A stretch of DNA of 64,000 nt from the human T2T-CHM13v2.0 reference genome, Homo sapiens. Under the pieces are notes generated by a model, which saw nothing but the letters and a program-made list of their open reading frames with translations, had not been told where the DNA came from and did no database searches. The first letter of the stretch is position 1. Each line of letters begins with the position of its first letter. Positions 13,801 through 26,261 of the stretch are shown here, piece by piece. The position numbers and the translations under genes are program-made. Location: assembly GCA_009914755.4 (NCBI GenBank), contig CP068257.2, positions 22,848,001-22,912,000 of the forward strand, written 5' to 3'.

Positions 13801-14486
13801 CCATTTCTGCTTGCTTCCGTAGTTCCTGAGATATGCTCAGTATTTAAAATTATTGCCCTCCTAAAGCAATGTATCATTGTGTTCTGGCTGTTTTCAAGAC
13901 TTTTTCCTTTGTCTTTAAGTTTGATTTTTATATTTCTGAGAATGGATTTCTTTTTGTGCTTAAATTGTTTGGGGATAATGGAGTTTCTTGATTCTTTAGT
14001 TACGTGTATTTCAGTTTATCTGGGAATTTTCGTCCACCATTTATTCAAATAATATTTGTGCATGTCACACTCTCCTTTTTATTTCTATGATTCTGATGAC
14101 ATGCATATTAGACATTTTGTAATTGTCACACAGGTTCTTGACGTTTTGCCAATTTTTTTTCAATCTTTTGTCCTCTATTATTCAAATTGATAGTTTCAGT
14201 TTGTTTAAATGTATTTTCAAATTCACTGACTCATCTTTATTCTGCTACTCAAACCATTTGAATCTCTAATTTTTGTTACTGCATTTTTCAGTTGTCTTTG
14301 TTTTTTGGTGGTTTTGTCTTAATAACTTTTATTTCTTTCCTTAGTCTTTCTAGGTGTCCATTTATTTCAAGAAGAACTGCCCTTACTCCTTGGGACATTT
14401 GAGTAATAGGTTTTAAACTAATTTCTGGTAAGTCTAGTATTTGTTACATCTAGGCTTTATATCTCTTTTGTTTTGTTTTTGGGGCC
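10856..14486 (-). mobile_element. Old L1 (L1M-like) internal/ORF2 region, antisense, interrupted by an Alu
   Basis: T-rich antisense-L1-like sequence. For example cttttcaaggaaccacttttagtatcactgattttc ... ataaattccccttcaagaactgcttcagttgtgtcacagaaacttaatg... parallels the reverse complement of L1 ORF2 (ctttcaaagaaccaacttttgg...ataaatttccctcttagcactgcttttgctgcatcccataagtt). Boundaries are soft; the 10856..11325 part is least certain. Confidence 0.5.
11326..11643 (-). mobile_element. Alu, antisense, with long interrupted poly-T
   Basis: tttttttttttttttttctgagacagaggcttgctctgtccaccaggctggaatacagtggc...ggattacaggcatgagccactgtgcccc. Source of ORF 11312..11695. Confidence 0.95.
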
Positions 14487-14786
14487 TTTTTTGTTTGTTT
14501 GTTTGAGACAGAGTCTTGCCCTGTTGCCCAGGCTGGAGTGCGGTGGCACCATCTTGGCTCACTGCAAGCTCCACCTCTCAGGTTCACGCCTTTCTCCTGC
14601 CTCAGCCTCCTGAGTAGCTGGGACTGCAGGCGCCCACCACCACTCCCAGCTAAATTTTTTTTTGTATTTTTAGTAGAGACGGGGTTTCACCATGTTAGCC
14701 AGGATGGTCTCAATCTCCTGACCTCATGATCCACCCACCTCGGCCTGCCAAAGTGCTGGAATTACAGGCGTGAGCCACCATGCCGG
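14487..14786 (-). mobile_element. Alu, antisense, with (TTTG)n tail
   Basis: tttgtttgtttgtttgagacagagtcttgccctgttgcccaggctggagtgcggtggc...ggaattacaggcgtgagccaccatgccgggc. Source of ORF 14499..14729. Confidence 0.95.
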
Positions 14787-14959
14787 GCTATGCTTTATAT
14801 CTTATTGATTTCTTCTATCATGCAAGTTGACACTTTCCTGGTTCTTTATATGCCAGATTAATTTGGTTTATATCCTCAGCATATTTTTATGAGGCTCTGA
14901 TTCTTTCTAAAATTCTATGGAGATTTTTATTAAATATATTTTTAAGCAGGTATATTAGA

Positions 14960-15290
14960 TTCCTGATGCTGTAACAAGTTACCAAACACTTAGGGCCTTA
15001 AAACAATGCAAATTTATTATAGTACTTTTTGGTCAGAATTCAAAATTGGGCTTTACAGGGTCAAAATCAAGATGTCTGCAGAGCTGTGGGTTTTTCTTTC
15101 TTTCTTTCTTTTTTTTTTTTTTGAAAGATCCTAGTCTTTTCCAGCTTCTAAAGATTGTTCATACTCCTTGGCTTGTGGCCCCCTTCCAGCAGTGCCATCG
15201 TTCTGACAACTTTTCCGTGGTCTCATCTCCTTCTCTAACTCTGTGTCTCCTGCCTTACTCTTTTTTTTCCTCTTTTATTCTTGTTTTTTA
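14960..15290 (-). mobile_element. MaLR-type LTR (MLT1-like), first part, split by an L1 insertion
   Basis: ctgtaacaagttaccaaacacttagggccttaaaacaatgcaaatttattat...tcaaaatcaagatgtctgcagagctgtggg...cttttccagcttctaaagattgttcatactccttggcttgtggccccc parallels the reverse complement of MLT1-type consensus. Family call is from memory. Confidence 0.55.
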
Positions 15291-16870
15291 ACTCTTATTT
15301 TTTTGTTCAGGGGTATGTGCACAAGTTTGTTACATAGATAAACTTGTGTCATGAGGGTTTGTTGTACAAATTTTTCATCACCAAGGTATTAAGCATAGTA
15401 CCCATTAGTTCTTTTTCATAATCCTCTCTCTTTTCCCATCCTTCACCCTCCAATAGGCCCCAATATGTGTTGCTCCCCTATATGTATCCATATGTTCTCA
15501 TCATTCAGTTCCCACTTTTAAGTGAAAACATGTGGTGTTTGGTTTTCTATTACCACATTATTTTGCCAAGGATAATGGCCTTCAGTTCCATGGTATTTCT
15601 GTCTTTACGTCTTTGAGGAATTGCCATACTGTCTTCCACAATGGTTGAACTAATTTACACCCCTGCCAACAGTGTATAAGTGCTCCTTTTTCTCCACAAC
15701 CTCACCAGCATCTGTTACTTTTTGACATTTTAATAATAGCTCTTCTGACTGGTGTGAGATGGTATCTCATTGTGTTTTTGATTTGCATTTCTTTAATGAT
15801 CAGTGATGTTGAGCTTTTTTTCATGTTTGTTGGCTACATGAATATCTTCTTTTAAAAAGTGTCTGTTCATATCCTTTGCCCATTTTTAAAACAGGTTGTT
15901 TTTTTTTCTTGTAAATTTGTTTCAGTTTCTTATAGATGCTGAATATTAGATCTTTGTTAGATGCATAGTTTGAAAAAAATTTCTCCCATTCTGTAGGTTG
16001 TTTCTTCTTTTGATAGTTTGTTTTGCTATGCAGAAGCTCTTTAGTTTAATTAGATCCAAATTGTCAATTTTTGCTTTTGCTGCAATTGCTTTCAGCATTT
16101 GTGTCATAATATTTTTGTCCGTGGCTATGTCCAGAATGGTATTGCCTAGGTTGTCTTCCAGGGTTTTTATACTTTGGGTTTTACATTTAAGTCTTTAATC
16201 CATCTTGAGTTAATTTTTGTATATGGTGTAAGGAAGAGGTCCAGTTTCAATTTCTTTCATATGGATAGACAGTTATTCCAACACCATTTATTAAATAGCG
16301 AATCCTTGCCCCATTGCTTGTTTTTTGTGAAGGTTGTCAAAGATCAGGTAGTTGTTGGTGTGTGGCCTTGTTTCTGGGTTCTCTGTTCTGTTGCACTGGT
16401 CTATGTGTCTGTTCTTATACCAGTATCATGCTGTTTTGATTATTGTATCCCTGTAGTATAGTTTGAAGTCAGGTGGCATGATACCTCCAGCTTTGTTCTT
16501 TTTGCTTAGGATTGCCTCATCTATTCAGGCTCTTTTTCTTTCCATATGAGTTTTAAAATAGTTTTTTCTAGGGCCATGAAGAATCTCAAAGGTAGTTTAA
16601 TAGGAATAGCATTGAATCCATAAGTTGCATTGGGCAGTATGGCCATTTTAATGATATTGATTCTTCCTATCTATGAGCATGGAATGGTTTTCCATTTGTT
16701 TGTGTCATCTCTGATTTCTTTGAGTATTGTTTTGTGGTTCTTTTTGTAGAGATCTTTCACCCCCGTAATTAGCTGCATTCCTAAATATTTTATTCTTTTT
16801 GTGGCAATTGTGAATGGGAGTTGTTTCCTGACATGGCTCTTGGCTAAGTCCTCTTAAAAGCACTCTTTTG
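15291..16870 (-). mobile_element. L1 (older L1PA/L1PB-like) 3' ~1.6 kb, antisense
   Basis: Poly-T then gttcaggggtatgtgcacaagtttgttacatagataaacttgtgtcatgagggtttgttgtacaaa ... ccacaatggttgaactaatttacacccctgccaacagtgtataagtgctcc ... tgtgagatggtatctcattgtg...: reverse complement of the L1 3'UTR and ORF2 C-terminus. Confidence 0.85.
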
Positions 16871-17030
16871 ATCATGTCGGGCCTATACATAAAATCCAGA
16901 AAAGTCTCTGTATCCCAATTTTCTTAACTGAATCACATATTTATAATCCTTTTGCAATATAGGGTAACATATTCACAAGTTCTGAGGATTTGGATGTGGA
17001 CATCATTGGAGGGCCGTCATTCTGCTAGTA
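16871..17030 (-). mobile_element. Remaining part of the MaLR-type LTR split at 15290
   Basis: ...tagggtaacatattcacaagttctgaggatttggatgtggacatcattggagggccgtcattctgc matches the distal part of the same LTR family (ggtaacatattcacaggttccggggattaggacgtggacatctttgggg...). Confidence 0.5.
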
Positions 17031-17217
17031 GAATTGATTTTTGAAGTTTATATTGACTGTCTACCTAATCCTTTCAACTCTATTACCTAATTAGGATAGT
17101 AAAAGCTGTGAAACCCAAGATAGACATCTTGCTGGGATTAAATTTGTCTACTTAACACATCATTTTACTCTGAATTATTTTTTGTTCTTCATCCTGGAAG
17201 TGCTGCTTTCTCGTTGA

Positions 17218-17532
<315 letters not shown>

Positions 17533-18974
17533 GCTCCTGGCCATAAATTTTATGCTGCATGCCTCTGACATATTATTTTTTTCTATAGTCACAGACTTGA
17601 AGTATTTTTAATAAGACCTTCAAACTAGGACCAAAAGAAAAGTGGTTATACTGAATATTGTTCCATTCACCTATGCCCTCTCCCTATTACCATAATTTAA
17701 TTTAATTTTATAAGTAAAATGAGGTTTAGTATCTAAAGAGATAGTTGTAAACATTTCCTCAACTACTTGGAGACTAGATTCCTATTCCTATGAACATTTC
17801 TTCCCTTATTTCCAAACGGTTATTAGGTATATTTTTCACTGATCTCATCCTACTTCCTACTTCTTCACTTCAAAGAAAATCAGACAATTTATTTTTTGTG
17901 ACCAAAAAAAAAAAAAAAAGCCCTGCTCATTATGCTCATGAATATCCATTCCCCTCCCTACCTCAGTAACATAACATAGTATAAGAAATTTATATCCAGC
18001 AACTCTACCTTCAGATATCACTTCAAATTGTATTACTTGTACTACCTCGTGGTTACTCTGGAAATGCAATAACTTCAGGAATGACATGTGAACTGTAATG
18101 TGGTTCAGAATACTTTCAAAGTGTTTCAGCAGTGTTACAAGTTCTAGACCCCAGCTTCTAGCAGGATATTGTAGAAGAAAACTTGCGTATTTTACCTATG
18201 TATGTTTATAGATATTTTCTCAGTTCTTTGCTCACTCTAATTTCTTAAGGTTCTTGTCATCTCTCATGTGGTATTATCATCTTTTTGCCTTTACTTAAAC
18301 ACATGGAAAGAAAGGATTTTGTACACCTTATTTTTAAGGCACTTGTACCACAGTGCATTGTGAAGAAAAACTATTTATGCCATACTCTAATACTGACTGG
18401 TTGTTAAATAAATTGTAAGCAAGTAAGTTTTTTTTCCAAGCAGTAAGGTCATCAAAATATTTTACATATTAGCACACATCTTTGAATTTTAACAAACATA
18501 TATATTTAGATCTCTTGTCAGAACACTCTGAAAACTCCACTAACCCATTATACATGTAAAATTTAGGGCATGTGAAGAACTGAGTAGAATTCAACTAAAA
18601 TAAATGGTTCACAAAGCAGTCACCAGCTTGCTTCAGCTGATTTAACAAATAGAGCAATCTGATTTATGGCTCAGTTATTTGTTGGCTGTTATTTTGAGAG
18701 AAGAGGAGAAAGAAAGAGAATCGCTTGCAGTAGTTTTGACAGCACTGTCTCCAGATGTATAGAAATTATCCCCATGGGATAGCCTACTCTTCAGTAGAAA
18801 CTATTGTGAGTACTCTAATTTTACAGGTAGAAATCTTTCTACTGACAAAAGTTAAATATTGTTCTGTAAACTCTTACAAAATCATCACATGGTCAATAAC
18901 TAGATTTTTAAGTCTGTAACTTCCATTTTAAACATATATAATTATTTAGATTTCAGTGTTCTATAAATCCTAAT

Positions 18975-19205
18975 GAGAGATGAAGCCAGCTGGACTTCTG
19001 GGTTGAGTGGGGACTTGGAGAACTTTTCTATGTCTAGCTAAAGGATTGTAAATGCACCAATCAGCACTCTGTAAAATGGACCAATCAGTAGGATGTGGGT
19101 GGGGACAAATAAAGGAATAAAAGCTGGCCACCCCAGGCAGCAGCAGCAACCCATTCAGGTCCCCTTACACGCTGTGGAAGCTTTATTATTTCACACTAAG
19201 AGGGG
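18975..19205 (+). mobile_element. LTR12 (ERV9 LTR) fragment containing the CCAAT-box / TATA-like promoter segment
   Basis: gctaaaggattgtaaatgcaccaatcagcactctgtaaaatggaccaatcagtaggatgtgggtggggacaaataaaggaataaaagctggccaccccaggcagcagcagcaacccattcaggtcccc, characteristic of LTR12. Truncated on both sides. Confidence 0.65.
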
Positions 19206-21166
19206 TCAAAATACAACAGATTCTTAATACTAAAACACAACATGTTGCTATCTTTTTTCCTTGGATATGTGATTGTGAATCACTAAGGGGCCTTAACAAC
19301 TCTAGAAATATGAACATATAGAAAAGTAATGTATTGTTTGAAGGACAATCCAGTACCTTTGAAAACACCAACTACATAGCTTGAGGAAGATTTAAAACAA
19401 GCTTGTCCAACCCACGACCCGCAGACCACATGTGGGCTCATGAGGGCTTTGAATGCAGCCCAACACAAATTAGTAAACTTTCTTAAAACATTATGAAAAT
19501 AGTTTGCATTTTTCTTTTGCTTATCAGCTATTATTAGTGTTAGTGTATTTTATGTGTAGCCCAAGACAATTCTTCTTCTTCCAATGTGGCCCAGGAAAGC
19601 CAAAAGATTGGACACCCCTGAAAAGAATGAAGGCTGTAAGAAGACTGCCATTGATGGAAGGCAGACTATCTTACTTAGTAAGAATTGAGGATGTTTGTAA
19701 GTGAGGACTGGTAAGGCTACAGGTGACATTTATTTCTTCGTGGTGACTGTACCACCAAGTCCTAATTGAAATGTGGCCATCAGACTGCCCTGCCAAGGAG
19801 AACCTGGTAAATCATTATCAGAAAATTATTTCTTTTACTTATGAATGTCTTTAGGCACAGTTGTCTTGGGAGAAAATTAACCTACTGTAAATGGTTTTCT
19901 AGAAAACCTTAGAATGTTTCTCATTTAATAAAAAACTGAAATTCAAACATGTGTCTTTGTTACATGCATCAACTACGTGCTATGTTTCTAGAAGAAGCAG
20001 TATGGTGACACCTCCTGCACTATTATTCTCTACAGTTTAGCATTTGAGCTAATATTGGACAGTTGAACCTACAGGTTAATCATTCATAAATTTAACAGAT
20101 CCTTTGTAATTTAAAGTGAAAACTTTGAGTATCTCATAAAGCATACATTAATAACATAATAATTAAACACTATTTACCTCTCTTTTAAATATATAACAAT
20201 AGCTATTAAATTGCCATATGCATCATAGTCACCTGGGAGAAGTATTAAAATATGGATTGCTGAGCTCCATTGCCAATGCTTCTGATTAATTCAGTAAAAG
20301 GGGGTCCCGATAATGTTTTATTTTTAGAAACTTCCCAGGTTATGCTGGTGCTACTGGTTGGGGCACAACAAACACTTTGAGAAGGAACCGCTGCTTCATG
20401 GCAAACAATTGTATTGGGAGACATTAGAAATTCTGGTTTCTAGAGACATGTTGTTATAAAAATAATGGAGAATACATTGCATTGTATATAAGAAGTGTAT
20501 TTTATTATCCAAAGCTCTTTAAAATGTCACTGTTGTCAGGATGTAATAACAACATTGAGCTAATGGCTCATAAATAATTACAAACAACAACTGACAAATT
20601 CATTAGCGAAGATCCTGAAATGAAATGGTGTCATCTGAAGAGCATTTATTTTGTAAAAATATTGTTTAGAAATGGATACCTGTTAACTATATGAGATTTG
20701 AATAAGACATAGGTGCTTGAGCTATGCAAAGTGTATTTTTATTTAAACAGAAACTCCTGTCTCAAAAATAAAAATTCAATATAATTTGAACCAGAATTTG
20801 GTTCAAAATGTGGCAACTATATCATTTAGTCATATTCTAAGTGAATAGACAGTAATTCAATCAAGTATAATTGCTTAGTTGAAATATAAGGATAACAAAT
20901 GAGTTACAGCTTTTGCTATTTGATATTTTCTATTCACTCAGAGCCTGTGCTCCCTAGAGTAATTTGTCAACTAAAATGTGATTTAAAGAGGTTACAAAAT
21001 TTTATGAAAAAAATCATCCTATGCCTTTAAAATAGGCAACAACATTTTAATTACTTTAATAAAACAGAAATGGATAATGTGTAGATTATGAGATAATGTA
21101 AAGTCTTTAATATCATGACTGACTTCTAAATGTTCAAATTGTGTGTCATAAAAGTGGATGCTTATG

Positions 21167-21572
<406 letters not shown>

Positions 21573-22176
21573 CTAACCAATTTACGAAAAGAACATGAAT
21601 ATAAAAAGGGTGGTATGAGATATTCTGTTTTTCAAGTGAGCACTCATAAGTGTAGATTAAATAAGTTATCAAAAAATAATTAACAACGAAAAAAACATGA
21701 AACTGGCCTTATACTCAAGAGTTTTCTTTGGTAAACATTAGTTTGTGTACACACTTCATATGTAATTAGAAATAAGAATTGATAAGAAGAGACAACATGC
21801 TTGTGGAAGTTGCAAGAATAATTATTTTCCTTTAGCCTTGACATTTCATTTCCTTCCTACTCTGAAAATTGTCAAATGAAGTTCGGCACCTGCTTGCAGC
21901 CCCTTCCGTGTCTACTAGGGATGCTGAAGTAAACTTTATTATTTGAGATTCTTGTACTGCAAAATGCATAATAGATTTTCATCATGTCTAGTGTTCTCTA
22001 CCTAAGAGGAGCTTAGGAAGAGTTTGCTAGTCATAGTACCAAAAGAAAGACAAATGGACTTATATGCATCTGAAAATCGACTTTTAGATTGAGATTCCCT
22101 AATTTATTCTATATCGGATTTGCACTTTGCCGTTACTATGTTAACTATCCACTCTAAGTTTTTAATCATTTATTCT

Positions 22177-22393
22177 ATGGATGATATGATATTATATCAT
22201 ATCTCATATGAGATATGATATAATATGATATGAGATATGATATATGATATAATATGATATGAGATATGATATGATATATGATATAATATGATATGAGATA
22301 TAATATGAGATATGATATAATATGAGATATGATATGAGATATGATAGAATATGATATGAGATATGATATAATATGGATGATATGATATAATAT
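22177..22393. repeat. AT-rich minisatellite built from ATATGAT/ATATGAG heptamer-like units, starting with a perfect palindrome
   Basis: atggatgatatgatattatatcatatctcatatgagatatgatataatatgatatgagatatgatatatgatataat... ORFs 22175..22405 and 22197..22592 are periodic translations of it. Confidence 0.9.
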
Positions 22394-24920
22394 GTGCTTT
22401 CTCATTCCACGTCCAAACTATATCATTGATTAGAGTATCCTGAAAATCTAATTGATGTTGATTTTCTAAAAATAAATTTCTGAAATACCTGTATTTAGTT
22501 AAGTATTTTATTATTGTAGCTAATCTGAAGGCCAATGTTGTTTTCCAGATATGCCAACCCAAAAAAATATTTGGAGGCATGATGTTATACATATGGGTTT
22601 AGATACACACATAGGTATAAACACATCAGTATATTTTACAAAAGTCATTTTCTTAATGTTTTAAAAAATTTAGTTTGATTTTTAACCATAAATTTTTCAT
22701 GTTGATAAATATTCTTATCTAATAGTATTTTCATATTTATTTCCCATTGTATGACGTATCATGAAAAATTGACAAGTTCTTATTACTGAATATTGAGATT
22801 GTATCAAATGTTTTACTGTTGTAAATAGTACTATACTAGACATCTTTACGGCCGATTTGTTCACTCTTTCTGAATATTTCTTTGGAAATATATATTCAGT
22901 ACTCATTTATCTTTTCAAAATACAAACATATTGCCTAATTGTCCTCCAGTTTGTTTATCCTGGTTTACATATATATCATTTGTATTTGAGAAGCATAACT
23001 CTCTAAAAATTTACCAATATTTCATATTAAGAATGTTTAATTTTTCATAATAAGTAAATCTGTAGAAATAGATCACATTTCCAAAAACATTGCATAAAAT
23101 GTATGGTGGTAACTATTGAAAATAACAATGTCATAGGTATTCTCAGGACTTCTTTAGAACCAATATAAACACCGATTAAAAGAAAAGAGCAGGGAAGAGA
23201 AATAGCTCACTAATATCCCCGTAAAATCTTTTGTTATACTTAACTAAAAAAATAAATTATATTACATTGTGTTTTCTGCTGTTTTGAAAATACTGAAATG
23301 TTGATCCTTCTCACCAAGTAGAACATTTATAGAAGAGCAATTATTTTTGTAGGGGTGGTGAGATAGAAAGTCTGTAAATTATAACCTAAGTATCAAAATA
23401 ATCCAGCTGTACAGAGTGATGTTATTTCAATCTGGGGCAATACATATTGTCTAGACCACTCTCAAGATATTAAGAAACTCAATGACATTCCTATTCTTTT
23501 AATAATAACAAACATCAACAATAACCATTGTAAATACATTTAGCTCGTACATCTTTACCAGACTCCTGGAAACATGAAATAAAGCCGAAGTCTTACAGAA
23601 TATCGAGGGTTAAGAAGCAAAATTTCACTGCAAATAATGCGTTTTCTTTGATTCATCACTATTTAAATCTATAAACAGAAATTGTGATCTTCAGATGCTG
23701 AATGCCATTTCAATGAAGAATAAAGGAGATACTACCACCTAGTGGTAAAATATGCTGCTGAAAACAAAGTATTTTCATATTCAAATATTTTTAGAAAAGA
23801 CCAGGCTGATGTGTGATTGTGTTATGGTTAAATGAAGTGTGCAATAATTATCAAAATTATGCATCTGTTAGGTTCTTAACTGCTGTGCACTTTATTCTGT
23901 TTACTTTTACAGTTTAAGCACTTTCACAAGGAAATAGACATTATTGTGATGTGACTAGGGAAAAACTCATAAACTAGTGTCTTTACAGAATGATTGAATC
24001 TAATTTTCCTGGCTAAAGTAGTCGTTAATATTCTCCATTGCTTAAGACAGTTTAAAAGAGAACATTTTATTTAAAACATGCATTTATCTTACATTTATTT
24101 TAATAAAGGTATATTTAGGTTTGCTCACATAATACTAAATATGGTGAAGTTCTGTAGATTTGGAAAACCGTTAGCTTAAATTAGCAACCATAGATTAGAG
24201 ACATTAAATACCTTAAAGAAACTTATCTCTTGAAAATAAAATGTCCATAGATAATTAAAATGTAGAATTTTTAAATAAGAATCAATAAGAAAATATTCTT
24301 ATTTGTAAAATACTATATATTCCTTGAATAGTATATTTTCAAAGAAGTAGCATGAATTCTTGTGATTCTGCACAGGTGTATTGTACAAGAAATAGCATTT
24401 TTTTTTGCTAGACATATCCATAATGTGATCCCCATAACAGGCAAGTACAAGTGAAACATTACATAAAAGTAAAATTAAATTTTAAAATACACCTGAATGC
24501 TTTTGTTGCTTGCTTGAAGTTTGGATAGATGTTCTATAGGCAGTGTTCACTCTTCTCATGTAGCATATACTTAAGACCAGCCTTCATTTTGCTCTGCGTG
24601 TTCTCTACAATTGCATAATACATTGTGCTAGGAAAAATTTAACAAAATGATGTTTCATTATGTCAAAAACTATGGAGAGTATTTTTTTTAATCACAAAAT
24701 ATTTTGCCACAACACCACACCTGGGAACACAGAATGCTTTCTATCTAATGTCTCATGCTATTTAATCAGAAAAAAAGGATGCTCTTATAAGAATATATTC
24801 AATGAAATATTAATTAATTTATTCACCGACTACTTATTGAGTTCCTCCCGTGGGCCATACATTATTCCAAAAGTGTCTGCAAGTAACTCCCTGAGACAGA
24901 CAGGATCTTGTTTGCATTGA

Positions 24921-24958
24921 AGCTCCTTCTCTTTTTCCTTCTTCCTCTTCTCCTCTTT
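24921..24958. repeat. Polypyrimidine (CT-rich) tract
   Basis: ctccttctctttttccttcttcctcttctcctctttc. Confidence 0.7.
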
Positions 24959-24989
24959 CATATCCTAAGTGGTAGATAAGCAGATAAAT

Positions 24990-26015
24990 TTGATTGTTTG
25001 ATTTCCTTGGTTTTCTCTTCTATTTTTTCCTTGTTTTGATTTTATTAAACTGCTGTTTTTATTATTCTATCTACTCAATCTACTTTGAGATTCATTTGAT
25101 TTTATTTTTCTAGATTCTTAATTTGTAAACTGAGCTCAACAATGTAAGAACTTTCTTCTTTTTCTCCCAAGTGCTTAGTGCTACAATATTTCCTGAGTGC
25201 TGTGTCCTCTACTTCCCGCAAATTTTGATATGTTGAATTTTAATTTTCTTTCAATTCAAAATACATTTTAATTTCCCATTTGATTTTTTACTTGAACTCT
25301 TGAATTGTTCAGAAGCATTATTTACTATCTAAATATTTGATGATTTTCCAGATATTGTTCTGTTATTGATTTAAATGGAATTTCTTTGTAGTTGGAGAAC
25401 ATACTGTGTATGACTTGAATACTTTTAAATTTACTGAGATTTGTTTTAGGTAATAAAATCTGGTCTACATTTTAAACAGTGCTTTTCTACTGTACCTAAG
25501 TGAAGTGTTTCATAAATATCAATTAGGTCAAATTGATAGTATTGTTTAAATTTTCTACATATTTAGTAACCTTTTTCATAATTTTTCTATTGAGAAAGGA
25601 TGTTTAAAATCTGATTATAATTTTAGATTTTGTATTTCTCTTTACATTTTTATCATTTTCCTTGATTAATTTTAAAACTCTGTTTTAGATTGATAAGTAT
25701 TAATAAATGTTATGTCATTTTTAATTGACCCTGTTATTTTCAAATGACTCTCTTTTGTCTGGCAATCTTCCTTGTTCTAAAAATGGTTTTCTCTTATATC
25801 GATAGTTATCCCAGCTTGCTTTTCCTTAGTGTTATCAGGTGATATATTTTTTATTGTTTTGTTTTAACCAATTTGTTTCATACATTAAAGTGGGAGCAAG
25901 CATATGCTAAGTCTTGCTTTTTCATCCAATCTGAAAAGTTATGCCCTTTAATTGAGATGTTCAGACCATTTGCATTATTGTGATTATTGACATGGGTATT
26001 AATTTTCTATTACTA
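24990..26015 (-). mobile_element. Old L1 (L1M-like) 5'-ward ORF region fragment, antisense
   Basis: T-rich antisense-L1-like: ...gattttccagatattgttctgttattgatttaaatggaatttctttgtagttggagaacatactgtg...gagatgttcagaccatttgcattattgtgattattgacatgg parallels the reverse complement of L1 ORF2/ORF1 (ttttcctcctgttattgatttctagtttcattccattgtggtcagagaagatacttgg...). Low confidence. Confidence 0.45.
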
Positions 26016-26019
26016 TTAT

Positions 26020-26261
26020 AACAAATCACCACAAATTTGGCGCCTTAAAGCAACCCAAATTTATTATCTTATATTCAGAAAGTCAGAAGTCATGGGAACA
26101 ACATGCTGACAGGGCTGCATTCCTTCTGGATGTTCTAGGAAAATGTTTCTTTGGCTTTTCCAACTTCTAGGGACTGCATGTACTTCTTATCTCACGACCC
26201 TGTCTTCCATTTTCAAATCCATCACTTAAATATCTTAAGAAAAGCTGGTACCATTTCTACT
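26020..26261 (-). mobile_element. MaLR-type LTR fragment, truncated by the adjacent L1
   Basis: ataacaaatcaccacaaatttggcgccttaaagcaacccaaatttattatcttatattcagaaagtcagaagtc...cattccttctggatgttctagg...cttttccaacttctaggg: same family as 14960..15290. Confidence 0.55.

Noticed and set aside
22175-22592. 76-aa and 131-aa ORFs with periodic HIISYHISY… translation; also considered a CRISPR-like repeat array
   Set aside because: Pure consequence of the ATATGAT/ATATGAG minisatellite. There are no unique spacers, no cas context and the host is eukaryotic, so it is not CRISPR.
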